Below, one piece after another: positions 54,217-62,862 of a stretch of DNA of 64,000 nucleotides. The notes beneath the pieces were generated by a model. It saw nothing but the letters and a program-made list of their open reading frames with translations. It was not told the origin of the DNA and ran no database searches. The DNA comes from a virus. Taxonomy: Duplodnaviria; Caudoviricetes. The stretch spans positions 528 to 64,527 of IMG/VR virus record IMGVR_UViG_2540341244_000008; one strand, written 5' to 3'. Within the stretch, counting starts at the first letter, position 1, and each line of letters begins with the position of its first letter. A program made the translations under genes and the position numbers.

Positions 54217-54264
54217 AACCGAAACCTACGGCCCTGCGGCCGTCAAAGTCAATAAGGAGCTGTC

Positions 54265-55560
54265 ATGACATACGCCGATTTGCAGACCCAGGCCCAGGTG
54301 GCCTTGAGCGCCGTCGTCGCCTGTATGCCCGCCGAGGGCAAGACCCTGTCCACCTACCTCTCCGCGCTCCACAAGCGGGACATTGTGGCCCTAGGCGAGG
54401 ATGAGGCCTTCGCCCTGGCCGACAAGGCCGGCGAGATCAAGGCCTTCAAGCAGCGCCTGACGCTTTCGACCGAAAACGGTGGGCTGGTGCAGCCGGTGTA
54501 CAATGGCCCCTTCGTTGTGTCGGCCCAGGGCTATGAGATGTGGGCCGAAGCGTCAGGCACCTGCGTCATCTTCCCCAAATCTGTCACCGTGGACGGTGTG
54601 GAGCAGGCCAATCCCCACGTCATCCGCGACCCGAACAACCGGCGTATCCTCAACATCTACGCCCGGGCCGTGGCGTTCCGGTTTTCGTCCAAGGGCCTCC
54701 CCCTGGTGGCCGACTGGACCACAGCCTACGACGTGCCGAGTTATCGGCTGATCGACCTTGTGGCCAAGGCGAGCAAAAACCCGCAAGCCTTCAAGTTGTT
54801 GCCGGCCGATATGGGCAAGCCCGAGGAAAAGGGCACCTGGACTTATTACCCCTTTGACGAGTCCACGAACCTGTGGGTGGACACGTCCCACAAGGAGGCC
54901 CTGGACTGGTATAAAACGATCGTCAACCGCGAAAAGAAGGCCATGGATTTCGCGCAGACCTTCGCCCGCCGCAACGCCTGCAAACACCTCTCCGGGCTCC
55001 AAAAGGCCCCGGGACCGCAGTGGCACCTTTCTGTCATCTGCTGGCGGCCGACCGGCGGAAGCCTGCTCAAGTGGGACTCCACCACCTACGCCAACGTTCA
55101 GCGCCGCATCGAAGGCTTGGGCGAAGGCCAGAACTTCGCCGCCCTAACCGAAGGCGAAAAACCCATGACGATCCAGTACGCCAAGGGCGTGGACCGGATG
55201 GACGAAGAGCCCGACATGATCGGGGCCGAGGACGAAGAACACGCCCCTGAAGCGGCCCAGGCCGAAGCCGCCCCCCTGGACATGGCCCCCGGCCAGAACG
55301 GCACCTTTGACCACGCCCCGATACAGCCGGTCCCGGCCGCCACCCCCGAGCCGGCCCCGGCCGTCCAGGCCGCTTCCGCGCTGTCCGAAGCCGACCAGAA
55401 GGCCCTGGCCAACTACCACGCCACCCGGGAGAACTTCCCCGAGGAAGACGCCGAAGCCCGCCGCCGGCTTGGCATCGCGCCCGATGCGGACGTGACGCCG
55501 GCCCAGGCTCAGGAACTCTACCGGATCGCCAGCGCCATCGTGGATGGCAGCGAATCATGA
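54265..55560 (+). CDS. Hypothetical protein, possible ssDNA-annealing recombinase
   Basis: TAAGGAG RBS; leads the recombination module; AQTFARRNACK resembles the closing helix of annealases; acidic Pro-rich linker. Confidence 0.5.
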   Translation: MTYADLQTQAQVALSAVVACMPAEGKTLSTYLSALHKRDIVALGEDEAFALADKAGEIKAFKQRLTLSTENGGLVQPVYNGPFVVSAQGYEMWAEASGTCVIFPKSVTVDGVEQANPHVIRDPNNRRILNIYARAVAFRFSSKGLPLVADWTTAYDVPSYRLIDLVAKASKNPQAFKLLPADMGKPEEKGTWTYYPFDESTNLWVDTSHKEALDWYKTIVNREKKAMDFAQTFARRNACKHLSGLQKAPGPQWHLSVICWRPTGGSLLKWDSTTYANVQRRIEGLGEGQNFAALTEGEKPMTIQYAKGVDRMDEEPDMIGAEDEEHAPEAAQAEAAPLDMAPGQNGTFDHAPIQPVPAATPEPAPAVQAASALSEADQKALANYHATRENFPEEDAEARRRLGIAPDADVTPAQAQELYRIASAIVDGSES

Positions 55561-56573
55561 TCGCCGAAGTCTTTGCCCACAACTTCAAGGGGGCCACGGT
55601 CAAGGCCCCCTTGGGGGGACTGACCCTGGTGGTGGGGCCGAACGGAGTGGGCAAGTCCTCCCGCTCCCAGGCCCTGCAACTCGCCGTCCTCGGCTATGTG
55701 CCGGGAACGGGAAAACGCAACGCCGACATCATGGACGCTTTTGCCGGGAAGGGCGCGGACCTGCGCGTTGGGATCGTCCTGGATTCGGGGACGAAGGTTG
55801 AACGTCGGTTCTCCCGTTCCTCGCGCACCGGTGCCGTCTCCCAGGAGCTCTATGTGGGAGGCGTGCGGGTGAAACCCGACGAGTTCGCCCGGGCCCTGGC
55901 CGGCGTGGCCGTGGTGGATCTGTCCGTGTTCTTGGGGCTGTCCGACCCCAAGAAGATCGACGAACTGTTCCGGCTCTTCCCGCCGGATGGCGACGTGCGG
56001 GGCGTTGCGGAAAAGATCGAGCAACAGACGAAGCGGCTCAACGCCCTTGAGCGCCAGGAACTCGACGCGACCCGGGCCGTTGCCACGATCCAGGCCCAGC
56101 GGTCCAAGATCGAACTGCCGGCCGGAACCCTGGCCGACAAGCAAAACGAGATCGAGCAGGCCGACGCCGACTTGCGGCAGGCTCGGGCCGACCTGGAGGC
56201 GGAACGCATTGCCGCCGCCCGGGCCGATGAGCAGGCCCAGGCAGCGGCGCGGCAGGCCGAACAGCCGGCACCGGTGGCCCAGGCCGCCACCCTCGACCCG
56301 GCCCCGGAAGAAGAGCCCTGGGAAGCCCCGGCAGGGTACGGCGCGACTGCGGCCCCCGCGCGCACCAGCCAGACCTCGGCGCAGCCCCGGTCGCTGCCCC
56401 AACCACTCCAGCAAGCACAGGCCCCGGTGCAACCTGGGCCCGACGTGACCGCCGTCCTGCAACGCATCCTCGACACCATGGAACGCGCCGGCTGCAGCAT
56501 GTGCGCCGCCCGCATGGTCATAAAATCCGAACTCAAAAAAGCCAGCCAGGGCCAGCCCCGGGAGGCAGCATGA
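55557..56573 (+). CDS. Rad50/SMC-like ATPase, N-terminal half
   Basis: HNFKG, GPNGVGKS Walker A, coiled coil, terminal CSMC. Confidence 0.8.
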   Translation: MIAEVFAHNFKGATVKAPLGGLTLVVGPNGVGKSSRSQALQLAVLGYVPGTGKRNADIMDAFAGKGADLRVGIVLDSGTKVERRFSRSSRTGAVSQELYVGGVRVKPDEFARALAGVAVVDLSVFLGLSDPKKIDELFRLFPPDGDVRGVAEKIEQQTKRLNALERQELDATRAVATIQAQRSKIELPAGTLADKQNEIEQADADLRQARADLEAERIAAARADEQAQAAARQAEQPAPVAQAATLDPAPEEEPWEAPAGYGATAAPARTSQTSAQPRSLPQPLQQAQAPVQPGPDVTAVLQRILDTMERAGCSMCAARMVIKSELKKASQGQPREAA

Positions 56574-57166
56574 ACGCCGACGCCAGCATTCTGGAAAACC
56601 AAGTCATCGGCCTGGAGCAACGCCTGCGCGACCTGCGCGGCGAACTGGCCCTGTTCCAGCGGGCGAAAGGCCTGGATGAGGCCGCCGAGGCCGAGCGTAG
56701 CAAGGCCGACGATGCCCGAAGGGCCCAAGTCGAAGTTAAAGCGGCGCTTGAGGGCTTGAAGGGCCAGAAGGCCCAGGCCGTGGCCAAGACCTGCGAGGAG
56801 CTGGCCGAGGCCATGGGTAAGATTCTGCCCGAGGGCGCGGCCGTCCTGCGCATCGAAGACGACGGCGCTGTGTTCCTGGGCCAGAAAATGGTGGACGGCC
56901 GGGTTGTCCCGCATGCCGGTCTGAGCGGCGGGCAGCGCGTCCTCTACGACGCAGCCCTGGCGAATGCGCTGCTGGGCAAGGCTCCGCACCGGCTGCTGGT
57001 TCTGGAAGCGGCCGAACTCGACCCGGAACGGCTGGCCCAGGCCCTGGAGCACATGGCCGCCAGCAACCCCGGGGCGCAGATCCTGGTCAACTCCTGCCAC
57101 GCGCCGGCTGAAATCCCGGCCGGCTGGGACGTGGTGGAGATGGGAGCCGAACATGGAAACGCCTAG
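56570..57166 (+). CDS. Rad50/SMC-like ATPase, C-terminal half
   Basis: Coiled coil, LSGGQR signature, LLVLEAAELD Walker B variant, QILVNSCH. Confidence 0.75.
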   Translation: MNADASILENQVIGLEQRLRDLRGELALFQRAKGLDEAAEAERSKADDARRAQVEVKAALEGLKGQKAQAVAKTCEELAEAMGKILPEGAAVLRIEDDGAVFLGQKMVDGRVVPHAGLSGGQRVLYDAALANALLGKAPHRLLVLEAAELDPERLAQALEHMAASNPGAQILVNSCHAPAEIPAGWDVVEMGAEHGNA

Positions 57167-58997
57167 CCCATCCTGCGCCGCGCACGCCGCGCTCGACCCG
57201 GACCAGCTTGCCGCCGTGACAACCGACGCGCCACGGGCCCTTGTCCTGGCCGGGGCCGGCAGCGGCAAGACCCGCGTGCTCACCGAGCGCATCGCCTACC
57301 TCATCGAGGAGTGCCACGCCTCGCCGTTCGAGATCGTGGCCGTCACCTTCACCCGAAAGGCCGCGGCTGAAATGCGCGAACGGCTGGTGAAACGGATCGG
57401 GAACCGGGCCTACGGCGTGACCATGGGCACCATGCACGCCCTGGCCCTGGTGCAGCTTCGCCGGTTTGGCGAGTTGATCGGCCTGCGGCCGGACAACATC
57501 ACGGTCTACAGCGAGTGGGAGGAAGGCGTTTTGCTGCGGCAGGTGGCCCAGGAAATGGGCCTCCTCAAGGGGAAGACCCGGAGGGTTCCGAAGAAGACCG
57601 TGGATGCGGCTTTCAGCGCCTTCTATTCCACCGGCATTGAGCCGGCCGAATTCGACCAGGCCTGCGACCTCTTCAACGTCTTCATGGCCCGGTGCCGCGA
57701 GAACAACGCCCTGACCTATGGCGGGCTGCTCACCGGCTTCATGCTGCTCCTGCCGAAGGTCATGGGCTACCTGGGCTGGCGGTACGTGCTGGTTGATGAG
57801 GTCCAGGATCTGGACCGGCTGCAATGGGGGTTGATCGAGAGCATGGCCGCCGGGTTGCCGGCAACGCTGTTCGCGGTCGGGGACGTGGACCAGTCTTTGT
57901 ACTCGTGGCGGGGCGCGGCCCCGGAATACCTCCTGGAGAACGCGCACACATTCGAGATCCTGCGCCTGGAGCGGAACTACCGATCCGGGGCCGGCATTGT
58001 GGAGGCCGCGAATCGGCTGATCGGCCACAACACGGCCCGGCTGCCGAAGACCATGAAGGCCGAGAGAGCCGCAGGGTTTGTTGCTCCGCTCGCGATGGCG
58101 GACAGTGCCAGGATTGCCCGCATCGTCAAGTTGAGCATCGAGCCAGATCCAGACGGGGAGATGTTTGACATCCTCCCCCGCGAAACCGCCGTCCTCGCCC
58201 GCAAGCACGTCCTTCTCCAGCGTGTGGCCGAAGAGCTCGACGCCGCCGGCGTGCCGTACCTCTACGTCGGCCAGAAGGCTGCTCTGACCAACACCGAGGA
58301 GTTTCGGCGGTTCCATGCGTTCTTGAAGCTGATTGTGAACCCCTACGACAACTTCGCGTTCATGCTGATCCGGGAGGCCCTGGGCGTCTCGGATGACGAA
58401 TATGCCGCTGTCCGGGCCCGGGCTATCCGGGATGATCAGGGCCACCTCCGAGCATGGCTTGCCTCGGCGATGGGGGATTGGAAGGGCTTCTTCAAGAAGC
58501 ACGACTACCTGTCCGACGTTCACCGGGCATCATCTGACTGTGATGTGCTCCAAAGGATGAGCCCGCACGTGGAAATTGCGGATTTCATCTCCGCATACTG
58601 CGATGACCTCCCCAAGCATGAGCGCACGGTCTCCGCCTATCTCGAATGGCTCTCCACCTATGACGTGCAGGACGAGATTCCCGAAGCCGACCCTGACGGC
58701 CCCGGCGTCGTCACCCTGGCCACCATCCACGGGGCCAAGGGGTTGGAATGGCCCTACGTGATCCTTGCCGGCTGCAACGAGACCATCCTGCCGAGCAAGC
58801 GCGCCGTGGACGCTGGCGACATCGAGGAGGAACGCCGGCTGGCTTACGTGGCCATCACCCGCGCACGGGACTGCCTGACCCTAGCCGTGCGGCCGGAACG
58901 ATCCGAGAAGGCGGGTCCTGACGAAACGGTGCGCGTTTACGAGAGCCCGGTGAGCCGGTTTGTGGGCGAAGCCATGGGTGAGGGGGGCGGGGAGTGA
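57153..58997 (+). CDS. UvrD/PcrA-family SF1 helicase
   Basis: AGAGSGKT, VDEVQD, GDVDQSLYSWRGA, NYRS, TIHGAKGLEW, EERRLAYVAITRA. Confidence 0.95.
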   Translation: METPSPSCAAHAALDPDQLAAVTTDAPRALVLAGAGSGKTRVLTERIAYLIEECHASPFEIVAVTFTRKAAAEMRERLVKRIGNRAYGVTMGTMHALALVQLRRFGELIGLRPDNITVYSEWEEGVLLRQVAQEMGLLKGKTRRVPKKTVDAAFSAFYSTGIEPAEFDQACDLFNVFMARCRENNALTYGGLLTGFMLLLPKVMGYLGWRYVLVDEVQDLDRLQWGLIESMAAGLPATLFAVGDVDQSLYSWRGAAPEYLLENAHTFEILRLERNYRSGAGIVEAANRLIGHNTARLPKTMKAERAAGFVAPLAMADSARIARIVKLSIEPDPDGEMFDILPRETAVLARKHVLLQRVAEELDAAGVPYLYVGQKAALTNTEEFRRFHAFLKLIVNPYDNFAFMLIREALGVSDDEYAAVRARAIRDDQGHLRAWLASAMGDWKGFFKKHDYLSDVHRASSDCDVLQRMSPHVEIADFISAYCDDLPKHERTVSAYLEWLSTYDVQDEIPEADPDGPGVVTLATIHGAKGLEWPYVILAGCNETILPSKRAVDAGDIEEERRLAYVAITRARDCLTLAVRPERSEKAGPDETVRVYESPVSRFVGEAMGEGGGE

Positions 58998-59221
58998 TGG
59001 ATATGCACGATTGCGATGTTTTTGACTTGGCGCACGACCTGGCCCGCACTCTTGTTTTCGAAGGATACCCCCTGGAGATTATCGACGGTCTGCAAGTCAT
59101 GGCGGCCGCCCTGATCGATGCCCCGGGCTTCGAGCCGTATTTCCGGGAATGCGTCGCAAGGGCCCGAGAACACATGAGAGCTTGCCTCGATGGCTACAAC
59201 CTGCCGGCGGTGGTCGTCTGA
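58994..59221 (+). CDS. Hypothetical protein
   Basis: GTGATG coupling. Confidence 0.55.
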   Translation: MMDMHDCDVFDLAHDLARTLVFEGYPLEIIDGLQVMAAALIDAPGFEPYFRECVARAREHMRACLDGYNLPAVVV

Positions 59222-59327
59222 TGCCCAAGCCCAAACCCATCACCATCCCCGAGGCCCTGGCTCGATTCTCAGACATCATCGCCCGGGCCAGGGCCGAACA
59301 CGCCGCCGAACGCAAGGAGGACAGGAA

Positions 59328-59489
59328 ATGCACGAGCAAAAGCGCACCGTCCAAGTCGCCCGCGCGCGCCGCCGCGTGAAGGCGTTGGTGGAGTCGGCCG
59401 CGCCCTGGATGAGCCAGGAGCGGGCGAGAAGGCAGTTGCGGAAGATCGAAACGGCCAGAAAGGAGCGTCCCCATGCTCGAATGGACTGA
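59328..59489 (+). CDS. Small basic protein
   Basis: AGGAGG/AGGA RBS; overlaps next start. Confidence 0.45.
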   Translation: MHEQKRTVQVARARRRVKALVESAAPWMSQERARRQLRKIETARKERPHARMD

Positions 59490-59736
59490 GGAATACGACG
59501 ACCACGACAACACTATCCACGTCGCACAAGGGCTATTCCAAGACGAGGATGGAACGACATTCTATTACCGTATCAAGCCAGTTTTGCAGGATGATAGCAT
59601 CATGTTTTCAATCCAGGGAACCGACGAAGAACTTACGATCGCAACAGATAAAGACGTCTTCGCATCTCTGGAACGGGCGAAGGCCCACTGCCAAGACATC
59701 GACGACAACATCCGCGCCGAATTGGCGAACATGTAG
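59473..59736 (+). CDS. Acidic hypothetical protein
   Basis: AAGGAG RBS, lower GC. Confidence 0.65.
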   Translation: MLEWTEEYDDHDNTIHVAQGLFQDEDGTTFYYRIKPVLQDDSIMFSIQGTDEELTIATDKDVFASLERAKAHCQDIDDNIRAELANM

Positions 59737-59749
59737 AAGGAGCTTTCCC

Positions 59750-60628
59750 GTGCCCAACGTGACCCCCATCACCCCCGACGAAATGTCCCAAACCCTGCCC
59801 CCGTCCAACCAGCCGCCCAGGGCTAAACCCCGCAAGCCGGCGGATGGCCCGGCAGTCGCAGCCAACCCGGCCCCGGCCGATGAGACTGCGGCGCCCAAAG
59901 ACAGCCAAGCCGAAACCGATCCCCCGGATCTGTCCCTGGCCACCTTCGCCGCCGGCGTCATCACCGAGATTCCCTACGAGCAAGACGTAGCCCTGGCCCA
60001 CTGGCATGAGTCCGTCATGGACCGCGCCGACCGCGCCCGGGTGCTGGACGACCTCCTGGTCCGAAACGCCGAGTTGACCGCCGAGGTCACGGCCTACGCC
60101 GACGAGATGGGCGAGCTGCTGGACGAACTCAAGCGGGCCAACCTGCCGCCGGACCCGCATTGCACGGCGAAAAACCTGCTCATGCTCATCGAGATCGACA
60201 GGGGCCAGACCGTCCGGGCCATCGCCGAGGCGCTCCAGACCGTGGCCTATGACATGCGATCCCGGTTCATTTCCAAATACAAGGGCAAGGTTAAAGCGGT
60301 CCTGACCTGCTCGTCCGATCCCGCCGACTTCGATTCCATGATCGTCTCGGCCGAAGTCTCACCCGAGACGCCGGCACAGACCACCGGAGGCAAGCTGACC
60401 CTGGCCACGGACGGCACCGTCGTCACCCGGCGCGAGTCGGCCCAGGCGTTCCAGCTCAAGCTGCAGGAGCCCTAACCGGATCCCCTGATCGAGATGTGTG
60501 GCGAGGCCAAGGGGGCAGCGCTGCGTGAAATGCTGATCGACAACGGCATCCGCGAGTTCACGATGGGGACCGGCGAAAACACGGTCAAAATCAAGCTGGC
60601 CGGCGGCCGGACGAAGAAGGCGGCGTAG
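59750..60628 (+). CDS. Hypothetical protein with an in-frame TAA at 60473-60475
   Basis: AAGGAG + GTG start; frame stays open 50 codons past TAA and ends 2 nt before the next ATG. Confidence 0.55.
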
Positions 60629-60630
60629 CC

Positions 60631-60828
60631 ATGGGACGCAACGACATGGTCGAGGTCGAAGACCTGGAGTTCCGCCACGAAACCGGGGCGGCCGTCATCG
60701 TCGAATGTGATGGCAAGGAAATCAGCTTGCCCCAAAGCCAAATCGAATGGTCCGAGGACGCCGCCCGGGGTGACCTTATCACCATCGCCATGCCCGAGTG
60801 GCTGGCCGAAGACAGAGGGCTGATCTAG
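60631..60828 (+). CDS. Conserved small phage protein
   Basis: HET.AAV, LPQSQIE, MPEWLA.D.GL. Confidence 0.7.
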   Translation: MGRNDMVEVEDLEFRHETGAAVIVECDGKEISLPQSQIEWSEDAARGDLITIAMPEWLAEDRGLI

Positions 60829-60889
60829 CCCCGCCCCTGACCGGCCGTGTCGCGGGACATGGCCGGGATTGGGATGGGGACACGCAACC

Positions 60890-60913
60890 AGCCGGCCAGT
60901 GGTCGGCTTTTTT
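60890..60913 (+). terminator. Intrinsic terminator within the early-left operon
   Basis: AGCCGGCC-AGT-GGTCGGCT-TTTTT, preceded by hairpin CCGGCCGTGTC/GACATGGCCGG. Confidence 0.7.
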
Positions 60914-60923
60914 ATTGGGGAGG

Positions 60924-61157
60924 ATGGATAGCGTGGAACTTTTCACGGTAGGCGACAAACCCGTTTCCGTTTCGCCTGAAGCAATAGAGGCCGGAAAGTT
61001 GGCATTGACCGGCATTGCGGACGCAGCGTTGGTCGTTGCATTTGTCCTGCTGGCCGCTCTGGCGGTAGCGTTCGCGGTCCTCTGTATTGCCGACAAGCGA
61101 CGGAATAGTGCGTTCCGCAAAACGCTTTCGAAAAGAGAAAATGGAGCACGGCCATGA
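60924..61157 (+). CDS. Small membrane protein
   Basis: GGGAGG RBS, one TM. Confidence 0.55.
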   Translation: MDSVELFTVGDKPVSVSPEAIEAGKLALTGIADAALVVAFVLLAALAVAFAVLCIADKRRNSAFRKTLSKRENGARP

Positions 61158-61318
61158 AAGACCCCACCAAGAAGCCACCCAAGCGCAAGGACTTCGCCCG
61201 CATCAACAGTGTCAAGATGGGCGGCGGTCCCCATGGTGGGAACGTCGGGCCGCACAAGTGCATGGGCTGTGACACCATTATTCGGACCAGGGTATGCCCG
61301 TTTTGCGGGAAGAGGTAG
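61154..61318 (+). CDS. 54-aa zinc-ribbon peptide (absent from ORF track)
   Basis: ATGA coupling; CMGC..CPFC. Confidence 0.55.
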   Translation: MKDPTKKPPKRKDFARINSVKMGGGPHGGNVGPHKCMGCDTIIRTRVCPFCGKR

Positions 61319-61320
61319 GC

Positions 61321-61818
61321 ATGGGCAACATGAGCAAAGCCGTCCGCCGCCAGATCCTCGGCACGGGCCTGATACGTGGCGTCACCGCTGCGGCCATGGG
61401 GCCGGACGCCACGCCTGAGGCAATCCGCACCTGCCACCGCCTTGACCGCCTGGCTGATCAAGCCGTGGATTTCGCCATGGTAGGCAATCGCCGCAATGAG
61501 CGCGGCCAATGGGTACTCGACGCCAAGGCACAGCGCCAGCGTGAACAGGCCCTGCATGCCCTCATGCGCGAGGTCGGGGCGCAGTACCCGGAGCGTGTAG
61601 ACCTGCGAGATTTCATCACGTCGGCCATGCGCTGGATCGAGGATTTGCGCGAGGAGTTGCCCGTGGCCCCGGTGGATAGCCGGATCACGTGGGCCGACAT
61701 CGCCGGCGGGCTACAGGAGTTGTACGAAATTTTCGACCCCGAGGGCCGGGCGTTCGAGGTGATCGACGCCGGAGCAGAGCGGGGCGGGGACTTTCAGCGA
61801 TGCACGGGGGTGTGGTGA
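61321..61818 (+). CDS. Hypothetical protein
   Basis: GAGG RBS, operon packing. Confidence 0.6.
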   Translation: MGNMSKAVRRQILGTGLIRGVTAAAMGPDATPEAIRTCHRLDRLADQAVDFAMVGNRRNERGQWVLDAKAQRQREQALHALMREVGAQYPERVDLRDFITSAMRWIEDLREELPVAPVDSRITWADIAGGLQELYEIFDPEGRAFEVIDAGAERGGDFQRCTGVW

Positions 61819-62156
61819 TGGCGCACTACCCCAGAGAAGAGCGCCTGACCGCCGCCAGGGACATGGCGCGCGGCATCTGTCCATGGTGTGAGGGAACCGG
61901 ACGGCTTGGCTACGGCACGTTTGCCTGCGACTGCAATGTCTGCGGTGGAACTGGCCGAATGCTGCCGTACCGCGTCAACGAGGGCGTGCGCTGCGCGACC
62001 TGCGAATTTTTCTCAAAGCCGGGCGGCAAGCGCACATGCCGGGTCACGTGGTTCTCGCTGTGGTCGCCTTGGCTTTGGCACGCCTGCCCGCATTGGTACC
62101 CGTTCGGGCTCGGATGGTTTGCGGACTATGACAGGCCTGGAGGTAGCGACGCATGA
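61818..62156 (+). CDS. Zinc-finger protein (DnaJ-type CxxCxGxG repeats)
   Basis: CPWCEGTG, CNVCGGTG, CATC. Confidence 0.65.
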   Translation: MAHYPREERLTAARDMARGICPWCEGTGRLGYGTFACDCNVCGGTGRMLPYRVNEGVRCATCEFFSKPGGKRTCRVTWFSLWSPWLWHACPHWYPFGLGWFADYDRPGGSDA

Positions 62157-62611
62157 CCACCATGCCTGTCATATCCATCCGCCAGCCCTGGGCCTGGGCC
62201 ATTTTGAACCTTGGCAAAGACATCGAAAACCGGTCCTGGCCGACGAAGCACCGGGGGCCGGTCCTGATCCATGCAAGCAAATGGTCCCGCCGAGAGGAGA
62301 TGGCCCGCGACCTCGCCTGGGCTTTCATCGCGACGTCCATGGATGCCATCAAGGCTCTCAAAGTTCCTGTCGGATTTGGGGTCGATAACCTCAAGGCTCA
62401 ATGCGGCGGCATCGTCGGCGTCGTCACCGTCGTGGATTGCGTCCAAAACCACCCGTCACCCTGGGCCATGGCCGACCACTGGCATTGGGTTCTGACCGAC
62501 GCCCGGCCGCTGCCGTTCTGGCCGTGCAAAGGCCGGCTGAGGATTTGGCGGGTGGATTATCCGCATGAGGTGCAGGGCGGGATTCTAAACGCAGAGGAGA
62601 AAGCGGAATGA
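62153..62611 (+). CDS. ASCH domain protein
   Basis: SIRQPWA, GKDIENRSW, RGPVLIHAS. Confidence 0.9.
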   Translation: MTTMPVISIRQPWAWAILNLGKDIENRSWPTKHRGPVLIHASKWSRREEMARDLAWAFIATSMDAIKALKVPVGFGVDNLKAQCGGIVGVVTVVDCVQNHPSPWAMADHWHWVLTDARPLPFWPCKGRLRIWRVDYPHEVQGGILNAEEKAE

Positions 62612-62862
62612 TCGAACAAGAGCTGATGAACGACGATGACAGGCTGTTGCGATCAAGAGAAGCCCGCGTCATGCTCGGGAATATGCCAGTATCAACCTTC
62701 TACAGGCACATTAAAAACGGAGTTATTCCGAGGCCTCGGTACATAGGATGCACCCCGGTATGGCGCTTGGGAGATATCCGAGGGGTCGTCAAAGGCTTGC
62801 CGGACACGCCGATGCCGCCGACTCCCGCAGCCGGTCAAGATAGTCTGCCCATGCCTGCATAA
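62608..62862 (+). CDS. AlpA-like excisionase
   Basis: RLLR..E...LG...STFYR.IK.G.IPRP..IG; convergent with integrase. Confidence 0.85.
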   Translation: MIEQELMNDDDRLLRSREARVMLGNMPVSTFYRHIKNGVIPRPRYIGCTPVWRLGDIRGVVKGLPDTPMPPTPAAGQDSLPMPA

